64,000 nt of DNA, taken from assembly GCA_051251795.1 (NCBI GenBank), contig JBPOGC010000001.1, positions 9,207 to 73,206 of the forward strand, in the 5' to 3' direction. The notes under the pieces are model-generated. The model was not told the DNA's origin. It worked only from the letters and a program-made list of their open reading frames with translations, and ran no database searches. Shown here piece after piece: positions 38,873 to 49,422 of the stretch. The stretch's first letter is position 1; the number at the start of each line of letters is the position of its first letter. The stretch is from Luteolibacter sp. (GTDB lineage Bacteria > Verrucomicrobiota > Verrucomicrobiia > Verrucomicrobiales > Akkermansiaceae). The position numbers and the translations under genes were made by a program.

Positions 38873-41800
38873 CTATACCAGTCGGTTATTACGTTCATCG
38901 ACAACGGTAAGGAGTTCGTTGTCGAGCCATATGATCCATACCAGTTTGAGTCCGGCAGGAATCTTCAAGGCTTCTCGGGGAACCGATAGCGAGCAGCCGC
39001 CTCTTTCGGGTTGCCCAAAACCCCGAACGTTGTTCCGGCGACTATAACGCCAATTTTTCCTCGTAAAGTCATCGTCCTTCGCTCCAATGAGGTTCTGAAT
39101 ATAGGGCAGCGGAGCCGCCGGGGTAAACGAGCCAAAGAAAACAATTTCAGGCTTCAATCGGCTGCAAATTTCGAAAGGTGTTCTGACCGTCGAAGCATTT
39201 GGTAATTCAGATGATCGGAAGGACTGATCAAGCTGTGGACCGAAGGAACCTCGCTGCACTGAGTTAGGCTGAAGCAGACATAATACTTCGACATGGAGTG
39301 TTCCGTCCTCATTTGGTTTAACGGCCATGTCGTGATAGTTGAGCAACACTGTCGCATTCGAACCCAATACGGCGGAGTAGTCATCCGATTTGATCGCTGC
39401 AATTAACTGATCGGTGACGGGGTTGCTCACCCCTTGCACCATACATTCTGGTTGGCTTGGATTGTAAGGTCTGAGTGCGGCCTCTAGCTCTCTTGCGCCG
39501 CCCTTTGAAACATATTTCCACAAAGCTAAATTGAGGCTGTAGCGTAGCTTGGATTCCCAACGACTCAACGGACGGTTTTGGCCTTCCCTAAAACTAGTTG
39601 CCACTGCGGTCTCAAGCATCAACCCATCTGTAACGCCTAATGGAGAACAAATTTGCTCTAACTCCTTCTGCCAAGCGGCGACAGACTCAGAATCGAGAAG
39701 CTTCACGATCCGCCTCCATTCTGGAGCTAAGGAACTAGCCCAGATTGGGAGCTCTGGACTTTCGCCCGCTCCGCGTTTTCCTGAAAAAGAAGCCGCTATC
39801 AAGTTCATTGCGACTTTTGCAGACGACATACCCGCTTTCTCTGCACGCTCTGCCAAACGCATTAGAACAGCCATACGCGAGACATGTCGCAGCTGTTCTG
39901 TGACCGTGGTCAGATCCAGGACATCTGTAATTCTTTCCCACGTCGTTGTGGGGTCGCGAGCCGAAATACCGTCAAACACGCCACATAGGACATCTGATCC
40001 ATATCCATCATCCATCGAAAAGGCTGTGCTCAAAGCCTCGGAAAACAGATCGGGAACCTGTTCTACAAGCCAAAGTAACATTGCTGCTGCTCGCTCTCGT
40101 CTAAGCCATTGAGGATGATCGCACAGCCAAACTATAAATCGGTAAAACTCTAGATTTGGACAGAGTTCAGTATCATCATCTAGAAACTCGAACTTTTGAA
40201 TTTCCGGTGTGGCATCTCCAACAACAAGACGAACATGGCTGATCACTGTATCAAGTAGTTTCTGCCCCTCCACCTCGTCGAGTAGAGGGCCGACTTTGTC
40301 AATTAGATGCCGGGCAGGTATCCATTGGTGCACATTGCGTTCAGCCTCAATTAAAGGTGCGTAGGAGCGGATTACGTCAGCAGCGCTCGATTCATCCTTC
40401 GCAATAATCTCTTCAGCCCGACGCGCACTATCAGAGAGATTACCCCAGATGGGCCAACCTCCTTCTTGCGCAGTCTTCAACACCTTTGCCGCCTGCGACT
40501 TTGCCTCCCTACTATTTCCTAGAGTCAGTTGTAATTCGGCCTCTTTAAGTATTTGATCGCCATCTCGTAGAGCTTTCTTTCGTCCAAAAAAACCAGATTC
40601 AGAGAGGTCGTCATCAAAATCCTCATCCTCGCCAACTTCAGCTGCTGGCTTGATCGGCTCGACTGGTTTAATCGGTGTCAAACCAACGAGCACCGCTGCA
40701 AATGCGACATGAAGCTCTTGCTTCAACTCATGTCGAAAGGCTGATGCAAAAATAGATTTTTCGTCGCTGGGCGTTTCCGAATTTACTACAATTCCGAGTC
40801 GTTGAACCAATTCGGGCAATGCTCCTGCCTCGTTTGCTATAGTCGCAAAGGCAGCGGCGTAATTGGATACATAGCGACTATCTCCACAATGGAATATCTC
40901 AAGCAACGCCCAGCGAAAAGTCCACGAAACAGCTTCTGAGTGTCTTACCAATTCTAAGATCGCGTCCTGATCATCAATAGCTCCGCCAGGAAACCTGCTT
41001 CCCCGCAATGGCCCAACCTTATCAATTGGCCCAAAATTCGCCTCTGCCCACAGCTCCTCGGTTGATCCGCAACATTGTCTTTGAAAATATCCTATTGCGG
41101 CACCGTATCTCCCATTGCGAGCAATCTGACCAATCAGCATCGACTTTTCTGCCCGTATGTAACGTTGAAAAGTCATTTCGCCCGAAGCTCTCTCAAGATA
41201 GCCCGCAATCTGTGGTATGCGGTTAGCAAGATCTACATCGACCGCCAAACTGCTTAGAACCTCAGTCATGATACCAAGCTGATCCTCCTTATACCAAGTC
41301 GGCCCCATAGAAACAGACAGTAATGTTTGGTATAATCTCTCTGCCTCCTCTTTGGCTCCAAGGTCTGCAAAGATGGGAATCATCTGTAAAATCTCGGGCA
41401 CAAGTTCGTGACGGTTCTCCACACCCCTAAGCAAGTGATCCCTTAGAACTTGCAGTAATCTCAGTAGTTTGGCCGTCAAGACATCTTCAGTCTTCTCCCG
41501 CGTCAATTGTTTTAGAATTTGGAAAGCCGACGCCCGAAAACCCTCGGAATACATACCCCATTGACCTCCAGCACTCGACACGAGGGAATCCAACCATCGG
41601 GGCAGTTCTTCTGGAAAACAGTCACTTATTAACTCGGCCAACTGACGATATACCGTTGGTAGCGCATTTTCTGGTATAGCGTAGCTGTCCTTCCAAGCTG
41701 CACGTTGTTCCAAAGTAAAGCGAAGAGGTGCTAGTACTTGTGCCTCCAGTTGCTTTAAGCAACTAGCCCTCTGCATTTCGTCAGAATCGGTTTTGGCTCT

Positions 41801-44614
41801 TCGAGTTCTGCCGTCACAGCAGTATAGTGATACAATCAGATGCCGTATTGATTCAAACCAATCGGCGCCTTCGACATTGCCACTGGAAGGCTCCTCAAAT
41901 GCAGGATCGAGGAAAGCCATGACTCGCCAGTCGCAGAGACATTCCTGAAGGTCTTTATGGTTAACGTCGACCCCGTTTTCTGCTTTGAGCTGCACCTGCC
42001 TCGGCGTTTGTTTGCTGCCTTTCGCTGCAAATTGCTTTACGATGTTTGCGTCGGCACCAAAGCGAATCAAAGTATCAGAGACTCCGGCTGCCAGAGGAGG
42101 ATTGATTTCAGCGGTCGGCAGTAATTCGGCAAGATCAGAAAAAAATTGCGACAGCGATTTTCTGTCTTTGCAAAGGTGGTAATTTTCCACTGTAGCCTCA
42201 AATTTTAGTAGACCAAAGCATAGTGAGGGCAACAAGCGCGAGAGATCAGCTTCATCTCCTAAACTTTCTTTGATTCGAGAAAGATTGGCGTATTCATCAC
42301 GAAAACTGAGAAAATATGTAGGCGACTCTGCGACAAGTGGTTGAATGCATTCGTCTAGCTTTTCTGGAGCGTCCGCGAAAAATTCATTACAAGCGTCTCT
42401 GGCCATTTCAATGATTCGGTAGAACTGCTCCATACCGCTACCATTGATCGCTAATCGAATCTGAAAGTGAGTCTGTATGTGAAAAGAGCAGAGAGTTAAG
42501 AAATCACGCAGCTCGATTGGAGGCTGGTACCTCTCGATGATGCCTAGTTCGATTCTCTCAAGCAGTGCCAACGCTTCACCATCATATCCATGCCGATGTA
42601 GTAGGAAGGCAATCTCAAGGGCATCGACTGGTTCGACAATGAGGGTTTTGAGTCGCACTACATGCTGAAGTGCCTCGGTAGGACGATCTAGGACGATGAG
42701 AGCTTCCGCGATCAAGCGCGCTGACTGGGCAAACAGCGTATTATAGCGGAAACTGATTCGTTGAGCTAAAAGCGTGACGCGGAAAAAGTCGTCGGGCGAA
42801 GCCTCTAAAGCGGCCCGTTTAACCGCCGCATCAACATCCGCAATAAGGGCGTCGGGTTCTACTCCCAACGTCACCGCAGTGTCGAACCAAGTTTGATTGC
42901 ACTCTGTAAACACGTCGGTATCGCCTGCAAGCAGGAGATGGAAGATTCGATTTAGAGCGCAATATCGGATCAAAGGCTCATCGCAGCAGAACTTTGCGAG
43001 CCGCGCATTAATCGTGCCTTCGATTGCCTCCGTTTTTTCGACGATAAAAGCTGCTAACGATGCGTGGTAGATAGTTGTGTTTTCGTTGTCGGCTAACAAA
43101 TGCCCGACCCTGCTTATGACAGAAATGAACTGTGCTTGTTCTCGCTCATTGAGAACCTTGGCGAAATCCGTCCGTGATACCCCCCACCGGAATCGAGCCA
43201 TTAGTGCAAGCAAGTTTACGGCGTCGCCATCCACCAACAACTTGGCCCAAATGCCTTGGTAGTATTCCTCGATTGGACCAGTCAAAACTGGAAAATCTTC
43301 TAGTTCGTCATCTTCTGCCCGAAGGTTGGCAAACTCGATTAGGTATCTCAGATATAGCGGATGACCGTTGGCCTTCTCGCATATCAGATCAATCAGTGCT
43401 GGTGATCTTCGCTCAGGATTCAACACCTCTAAACAATATTGGTAACAAGCTGAATCGGGTATGGGTGGCAGCTCAAAAACATCGTCCTGGTTGACCTTTC
43501 CTGACAGCGGAGCTTCAGTATTTGCAAAATTCGGAGCAGTCAGCACCACGCTCACATGAGATGGTAATTTTGCTGGGAGGAGGCCGAGGAGTTCATTCAG
43601 TACCCCCCCTTCAGGAACCTCATTCAATCCATCGAGGAAAATCACTCCCTGCCGACTACTCTTCCTGCAGTAATTCGAAAGTGCATCAAGATACTCTGCA
43701 GTTTTCTTAATCTGTTCGTGGTAGGGTCTCTCTTCCTTCTGAGGCGGCTGACCTGTGATCAGTCCGGAAACCTTTGTCGTAAACCATTCCAAAAAAACTT
43801 GTGGTTGAGCCCGATAGTCAGCACCTAGAGAGCTCTCTGGATCGGAGAGACAATAAGCGCCCAAACATACAAACTTTTTGTCATCAGCCTGAAAATTTCG
43901 GCAGAAAGTCGACTTACCATAACCGTGAGCACCTTCCAAAAAAAGATAGCTACCTGACCGCTCCTCAAGCGCTATAGCAAAACTTTCGGGAAAGTCTCCC
44001 CGGCCAGCAAGTGCCGGTGATGTGAGGTTAGATTTGTTGCTGGGTAGAACCACCCCATTGTGGGTAAAAAAATCTTCCAAGGTCCTCAAACTCAGGGCAG
44101 CAACGGTGCCATCAAATTCTTTCGAGATGATGCCAACAACCGCGCCGTCGCAAATCATTGCCCCGCCCGAAATGCCTTCGTAAGCAAGTAACTTCGTCGA
44201 CGGGTCGATGGAAAGATCAATGTCTATCTTTAGTTTCGGAGTATCCAGAGTTTGTGCAACCGTTCCCACTAATCGATGTCCTATAGTAGATTTGCTGCCT
44301 GGGTAGCCGAACGTCTGCCAGGCCTCACCCTGCCGGGGCATGTCCAGTCTCACAGGCAGTGGCTCGGCAGTAGATACTGCGTCCATGGACAAGATGCATG
44401 CGTCCCAGTCTTCCGAGTGGGCAACAATTTTACCAGCTACAGCAACGTCACCAGAGTTTGGAAAAAATAACTCAATTGGTTTCCCTTCATCTATGCTGGG
44501 AATCAAGCAGTGCCGTGCAGTGATAATTCGATCCTTTCCAATCAACCAGCCGGTTCCAGACTCGGTGTCACAATTTACGCGGCATGTTGCCTCCTTGATG
44601 AGATGTTCAATCAT
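38873..44614 (-). CDS. avs1b: AVAST type I protease-STAND NTPase Avs1b
   Basis: 1913 aa; trypsin-like N-terminus (TARHC, D, GISGG), Walker A GAHGYGKS, Walker B IFLDGLNE and a long helical sensor region. Confidence 0.9.
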   Translation of the reverse strand: MIEHLIKEATCRVNCDTESGTGWLIGKDRIITARHCLIPSIDEGKPIELFFPNSGDVAVAGKIVAHSEDWDACILSMDAVSTAEPLPVRLDMPRQGEAWQTFGYPGSKSTIGHRLVGTVAQTLDTPKLKIDIDLSIDPSTKLLAYEGISGGAMICDGAVVGIISKEFDGTVAALSLRTLEDFFTHNGVVLPSNKSNLTSPALAGRGDFPESFAIALEERSGSYLFLEGAHGYGKSTFCRNFQADDKKFVCLGAYCLSDPESSLGADYRAQPQVFLEWFTTKVSGLITGQPPQKEERPYHEQIKKTAEYLDALSNYCRKSSRQGVIFLDGLNEVPEGGVLNELLGLLPAKLPSHVSVVLTAPNFANTEAPLSGKVNQDDVFELPPIPDSACYQYCLEVLNPERRSPALIDLICEKANGHPLYLRYLIEFANLRAEDDELEDFPVLTGPIEEYYQGIWAKLLVDGDAVNLLALMARFRWGVSRTDFAKVLNEREQAQFISVISRVGHLLADNENTTIYHASLAAFIVEKTEAIEGTINARLAKFCCDEPLIRYCALNRIFHLLLAGDTDVFTECNQTWFDTAVTLGVEPDALIADVDAAVKRAALEASPDDFFRVTLLAQRISFRYNTLFAQSARLIAEALIVLDRPTEALQHVVRLKTLIVEPVDALEIAFLLHRHGYDGEALALLERIELGIIERYQPPIELRDFLTLCSFHIQTHFQIRLAINGSGMEQFYRIIEMARDACNEFFADAPEKLDECIQPLVAESPTYFLSFRDEYANLSRIKESLGDEADLSRLLPSLCFGLLKFEATVENYHLCKDRKSLSQFFSDLAELLPTAEINPPLAAGVSDTLIRFGADANIVKQFAAKGSKQTPRQVQLKAENGVDVNHKDLQECLCDWRVMAFLDPAFEEPSSGNVEGADWFESIRHLIVSLYCCDGRTRRAKTDSDEMQRASCLKQLEAQVLAPLRFTLEQRAAWKDSYAIPENALPTVYRQLAELISDCFPEELPRWLDSLVSSAGGQWGMYSEGFRASAFQILKQLTREKTEDVLTAKLLRLLQVLRDHLLRGVENRHELVPEILQMIPIFADLGAKEEAERLYQTLLSVSMGPTWYKEDQLGIMTEVLSSLAVDVDLANRIPQIAGYLERASGEMTFQRYIRAEKSMLIGQIARNGRYGAAIGYFQRQCCGSTEELWAEANFGPIDKVGPLRGSRFPGGAIDDQDAILELVRHSEAVSWTFRWALLEIFHCGDSRYVSNYAAAFATIANEAGALPELVQRLGIVVNSETPSDEKSIFASAFRHELKQELHVAFAAVLVGLTPIKPVEPIKPAAEVGEDEDFDDDLSESGFFGRKKALRDGDQILKEAELQLTLGNSREAKSQAAKVLKTAQEGGWPIWGNLSDSARRAEEIIAKDESSAADVIRSYAPLIEAERNVHQWIPARHLIDKVGPLLDEVEGQKLLDTVISHVRLVVGDATPEIQKFEFLDDDTELCPNLEFYRFIVWLCDHPQWLRRERAAAMLLWLVEQVPDLFSEALSTAFSMDDGYGSDVLCGVFDGISARDPTTTWERITDVLDLTTVTEQLRHVSRMAVLMRLAERAEKAGMSSAKVAMNLIAASFSGKRGAGESPELPIWASSLAPEWRRIVKLLDSESVAAWQKELEQICSPLGVTDGLMLETAVATSFREGQNRPLSRWESKLRYSLNLALWKYVSKGGARELEAALRPYNPSQPECMVQGVSNPVTDQLIAAIKSDDYSAVLGSNATVLLNYHDMAVKPNEDGTLHVEVLCLLQPNSVQRGSFGPQLDQSFRSSELPNASTVRTPFEICSRLKPEIVFFGSFTPAAPLPYIQNLIGAKDDDFTRKNWRYSRRNNVRGFGQPERGGCSLSVPREALKIPAGLKLVWIIWLDNELLTVVDERNNRLV

Positions 44615-45783
44615 ATTGGGGTCGATTTGTTAATTGCGATCCATCCGGTTTCGCCTTCGCTAACGACAAACTCAGCGCCAGCCGTACTCTGATACGATTT
44701 TAGCCTCTGTGACGCTGGCGTGGAATAGTTGAAATGTAGAGTCCTACAGAAATTAGCAGGTCTGTCCACGATTGCCTTAAGCACCGCGAAATCTGGATGG
44801 TTATGACCACTACCATTGGTAGAAATAAAGAAGTCTGGGCTGTCTACTAGGGTAAGTAGCTCTGGACTGGTATTGCGCGAGCTACCATGATGCGCGATCT
44901 TTACAGCGTCGTAAATTGATGGCCCGTTCGTTGCTAGTGCAGCGACAGTATCATTGGCCCAGGAGTCACCGAGAAACAGTAGGCGACGGCCTTCAACCTC
45001 TACGATTAAAGAAATCGAACTACCGTTCGTAACGGAAATGTCGGGGACATGAACTACAGATAAGTCAGCATCCGATGAGGCGAGCAATTGCTCTTTTGGA
45101 GCAACCACTTCGCGTGAGCAGAGAAACTCGAAAGCATCGTCGAGATCATTTAAAGATCCGACCCAACCCATACGCCTTACTTCCGATGTCCACCATTTCA
45201 ATAAGGCATCCAACCGAGTTTCACTAGGGCCGAGAATTGTAATTTTACTTTGGGGAAAGTTAAGTGTAATTATTCCATCCCCACCGATCGGAGTTTCTCC
45301 ATCGTGCATGTTCCATTGGTAGCCTCCCTCACACAATAATTGTGCGAGAGAGCTGCCTTGGCGTGCGCTAATCTCCTGCCCTTGGCTGTTTGCTTTTTTT
45401 GACTGTTGAAAACCTTGCTGGCATATGTCCCGCAAGAGCGCCTTATCATCTTGTCTCATCGCAGCTTTATTCCCATTCAAAGTGGCTAAACTACGGAGAC
45501 TATTGTGCAAAACCTCCCGAACGGGAATGAAGGCTGGCTCTTGGGCAGATCCATTTAGGCTAAAAAAGGATAAAAGTCCGGAAATATGATCCGCATCGAT
45601 GTGTGTCGCGACTACAAGGTCAAGTGCGTAGCCATTGGTCGCGAGATCTTCCAAATCGGATTTGATGTAACGGTGAAAAGTGTCGGCATACCCGCCATCA
45701 ATGAGAAAAGCGAATGGATCGACCGAAGCCTTGACTAGAAAGGCATCACCGTTTCTTGCTGGATAACTTTTAAGCTGAACCAT
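44611..45783 (-). CDS. avs1a: AVAST type I MBL-fold hydrolase Avs1a
   Basis: NGDAFLV, LIDGG, THIDADHISG and KIAHHGS; stop overlaps the avs1b start. Confidence 0.9.
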   Translation of the reverse strand: MVQLKSYPARNGDAFLVKASVDPFAFLIDGGYADTFHRYIKSDLEDLATNGYALDLVVATHIDADHISGLLSFFSLNGSAQEPAFIPVREVLHNSLRSLATLNGNKAAMRQDDKALLRDICQQGFQQSKKANSQGQEISARQGSSLAQLLCEGGYQWNMHDGETPIGGDGIITLNFPQSKITILGPSETRLDALLKWWTSEVRRMGWVGSLNDLDDAFEFLCSREVVAPKEQLLASSDADLSVVHVPDISVTNGSSISLIVEVEGRRLLFLGDSWANDTVAALATNGPSIYDAVKIAHHGSSRNTSPELLTLVDSPDFFISTNGSGHNHPDFAVLKAIVDRPANFCRTLHFNYSTPASQRLKSYQSTAGAEFVVSEGETGWIAINKSTPI

Positions 45784-45966
45784 GAGGATTATGCGGACTA
45801 AGGACTGAGGAAATCTGGCCTAATCGCAAGCCTGTGTCGATGGCGGGGTGGCGACGTTTATTCCTCATAGGATTTCATCCCATAGCCTTTTCGTTGTTGT
45901 GACGTTGCTATGGTCGCTGAAAGTCTTTCAACAGCGATAGATGATCATGAAATTTTCCTACACTCC

Positions 45967-46158
45967 ATGATGATCGCCGCACCTGACGATCTAAAACACG
46001 TTTTCGACGCCGCGTTTTCCGACATCCGGCAGTCATGTCGAAAGCACACGCCCGGACTGATCCTGCACAAGATCGGCACAATCACCAAGGTCTCGACCGG
46101 AACCGCGGGCGTTTGCGGCGTCGACGGTGTGAGTTTCGAAGAGATCCCAGTGATATAG
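45967..46158 (+). pseudogene. Relic resembling the N-terminus of an alternate (N-type) F1F0 ATPase alpha subunit
   Basis: LKHVFDAAFSDIRQSCRKHTPGLILHKIGTITKVSTGTAGVCGVDGVSFEEI resembles the alpha-subunit N-terminal GTITSVSTGIAxVxGLxGVxxEEL pattern, then stops. Confidence 0.5.
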
Positions 46159-46183
46159 GCCCAGCACCTAACAGCACCAAGCC

Positions 46184-46620
46184 TCACAGCACCTTCACCA
46201 GCATCCAGATCGACATTGCCATCATCATCAGGTTTTCCGTGAGGGAAATGAATCCAAGCGGCACCTCACTCCCACCGCCAACACAGGCGCACCTGAGATC
46301 ACGTTTCTCAATATAAACGGCTTTGAAAACGGAGATTGCACCGATGGTGCTGACGATCAGCGCGGCTGGTGCCGCGACCCACGTGAGAATGTCGGCAATC
46401 ATTAGGATTCCCGCTCCGGTCTCTACAGTTGATAAACGTAGGAGCAGAAAACATAGCGTCTCGTGATCAGTTCGCCTTATAGCGTCTGGTATGGGTGACG
46501 TCCGTTAGGAACGAGAAGGCGGAGACCTCAATGACGGACTGGTAGGTTTTCCCCTCACGCTCCCCTGAGGGAAGGATGTGGGCGATACAGCAATCCAGGG
46601 AATCATACCCGTTGGTGGCG
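46184..46620 (-). pseudogene. Degraded second copy of the glutaredoxin-MauE gene (23594-24328)
   Basis: Near-identical C-terminus (AVYIEKRDLRCACVGGGSEVPLGFISLTENLMM). Upstream fragments GYDSL, EGKTYQ and RRYV.SYVY are broken by stops and a deletion. Confidence 0.88.
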
Positions 46621-47009
46621 CGGGATCGGGGCATCGGTCGGCAAGGTCTGGAGACATTAACGTTCATACACCGCAGAGCTTGACTACTCCCGCATACGGC
46701 TCTGCTCGCTGTAACGGAAAGGATGGTGGGGGTGATGCTCGGATGGAGTTGGGCATTCCTGTCACCCTGCTTGGAATCTTGCGAGACATCCCGGTGCGGA
46801 AGAGCTGCTGCGAGCCGTATCTGTGAATCAGATGGATTGGTGTTGTGACTCCGATGTATAGCGTCACCATCGCGCAATTCGGACATCTGGAGTTGCCGTT
46901 GTTGGCTTCGTTCAAGAAATCCGGTTAGAGATCATAACGCCCAACATCAGCAACATCTGCCGTCAGCGATTTCACCACGTCGTTCGGTTGCGGAATATCA
47001 AATCATCCA

Positions 47010-48443
47010 ATGACGAGGAAAAATCCAGCAAGTTCCGTTCCGGCACTTCCGATAAAGTTCAGCAACCTGTTGACCGACGACGTAAACAAGCCGGTTCCCT
47101 GGATCATCGAAGACCTTATTTCGGAAGGCGAGCAGATGCTGGTTTTCGGAGCACCTAAGGTGGGCAAATCTCAATTCGTCCTCCAAATGGCCATCTCAGT
47201 TGCACTCGGCAATGATTTCCATAAGTGGCGAGCGTCTATACAGGGAGAGGGTAGGAAGGTTCTCTACGTCAATCTGGAGATCGGTGAGCGCTCATTTATG
47301 CGGCGAATTGCAGATCATGTAATCGCGGAAGCACAGTTAGGGGCGCGTCCCGATTCAAAGAAAGAGATCCCCATAGAAATGGTGGAGGGAATCAATGAAC
47401 TCATAGCAGGGAAATTGTTCTTCAGCGAAGGGATGCGCACTGTTGGAATGACCAATGATTTGATCGACGAGATTCTCAAAGCCGAAGATAAGGGGGGGAA
47501 GGTCGCGGCTCATCGATTCGTGGACAAATGGCACGCGAGCCTCGACGAAATGAAACCGGATCTCATTATCTTCGACACGCTTTCGAAAATGCACTCGCTT
47601 GATGAGCGAAATAACAATGAGATCCAAGGGGTTCTATCCGTGATCCGCAAGATCTCAACAGTTCAGTCGGGCGACATTCCGGACGAGCGCAAAGAACTGG
47701 CTCATGTAATTGTCCATCACTCGCGTAAAAGTTCCGAGAACAGCATAAGCGGAGGAGAACTGTCGCTGGACTCGATCCGGGGAGGGTCGTCAATTCGGGC
47801 AGAGGCGGATGTCATCGTCGGCATATTTGCACGAAAGGATAAGTACGTGGTTCAAGCAGGTAAGACAATGCCTCGCGATGTTTTGATCGAAGCTCGAAAT
47901 ATTGAAGGGGACAGGGTCGATTTTCAATTCGACGGCGTTCGGTTCAGATTGACTACTGCACAGGATGTGAAGGAAGCAAAAGAGGGACCGATTACGCAAA
48001 TCCGTGGTATCTTCGAAGAGTTGGGGGTAAGAGGTATATCAAGCGGGGTTTTAGCCACCAAACTGGCCGCAAGATTGAATCCCGAATATAAGGAAGAAAT
48101 CAAACCGAACAGCAGCAAATATCAGGAGAGCAAAAGATACCTGACTAAGTTTGCTAAGGAGGGTAAGCATCTCGAACTGATCACGAAGAAGCACCACGGT
48201 GATTTGATCCGGAGGTCGCCTGTTCAAGGCAAGAGAACCACGGCCTACACCTTCTACTGGATCCGGGATACGTCGGGTTGGCTGGAAATTGAATCCATCA
48301 GCAACGCCATGGCAGAAATGGAGAAGGATGCTGCCGAAGACCTGGATTCAGCAGGCAAGAATCCTGCAACTAGGGGGAAATCAGGCAAAGGGAAAAAACC
48401 TTCGAAAAAGGATACTGACAAACCAAGCTCGAAACGGGCGTAA
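47010..48443 (+). CDS. AAA_25/RepA-like SF4 helicase
   Basis: GAPKVGKS, VLYVNLE, LIIFDTLSKMH, IVHHSRK and RGGSSI motifs. Confidence 0.85.
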   Translation: MTRKNPASSVPALPIKFSNLLTDDVNKPVPWIIEDLISEGEQMLVFGAPKVGKSQFVLQMAISVALGNDFHKWRASIQGEGRKVLYVNLEIGERSFMRRIADHVIAEAQLGARPDSKKEIPIEMVEGINELIAGKLFFSEGMRTVGMTNDLIDEILKAEDKGGKVAAHRFVDKWHASLDEMKPDLIIFDTLSKMHSLDERNNNEIQGVLSVIRKISTVQSGDIPDERKELAHVIVHHSRKSSENSISGGELSLDSIRGGSSIRAEADVIVGIFARKDKYVVQAGKTMPRDVLIEARNIEGDRVDFQFDGVRFRLTTAQDVKEAKEGPITQIRGIFEELGVRGISSGVLATKLAARLNPEYKEEIKPNSSKYQESKRYLTKFAKEGKHLELITKKHHGDLIRRSPVQGKRTTAYTFYWIRDTSGWLEIESISNAMAEMEKDAAEDLDSAGKNPATRGKSGKGKKPSKKDTDKPSSKRA

Positions 48444-49422
48444 AAACAACTGCAGTCCCCTTCCCTATAGAAATACTGTAGTAGTTAAAAATCCCCCCGT
48501 GTAAAATTAAAATACTCCCCCCTTGGCACTGGCTCACCAAGTGGCCAGGCAAAAATTACTTTCTCAGGATTCGTTAGAAATGGCTTAGCCCTCTGGGCGA
48601 ATTATCCCCGGTTGCGGAGCTGGTGAAGCACCTCTCTTTGAAAGTGACTCCACACCTCCGCTTTCAAAAGCCCGGTTTCCGGGCTTCGAAACAATCGGCT
48701 GCTGCTTCCGGATTCCCATTCGGCAGCGCGCCAGATTGGATGATTCCCGACAATCCAAATTGTCGTGGCTGCAGGGAAGTCCCCTGCGCTTCCGTGAGAT
48801 CCGGATCAGCGTGGTTTACAACTCGATCATGCAACTGGAAAATCACGGAGAATCGGCTCCGCCAGCGCCAATATCCGTTAAGGAGGGCGCGGATCGGATC
48901 CGGATGGCAGTTCTTGCCAGACCGGAAATTCGGAGTGGTGGATGAAAAGATCGCAAAGTGCACTTACCGTTCCTATCGAAATCTGTTCTCTAACCACACC
49001 GAGTCCCAAAAGGTATGAATGCTTTATGGAAAAGGAAGAAATGATTGTTCCATCAGCGGCTCCACCTTCACTTGCCGAAGTACCGAGGAAAAGTGGACTA
49101 TTCCCGGAAAACTGAGGCTGCAGGATCGAGCGACTGCGCACGAATCTTGCGAATTCTGACTTACCCCTTCCGGGACAGGGAACCGAATCCGTGCAGCTTC
49201 CCGAATTCTTTTGGGCGTCAAGGGCCGAGGCCGTCCTCACCCCCCTTTGTCCTGACATGCATGGCTGCCTCTTGGAAGAGAAGAAGCGATCGTCCCCTTA
49301 CGGCTGCGCTTTCGCTTGCGACCCTGCTTCTACCAAACCTTTTGAGATCCAGAGAGTTTAATTGCCCGTTCCAAAATTTGGATGGGCGGCTGTTTGGAAA
49401 TTAACCAAAACAAAATATAAAA

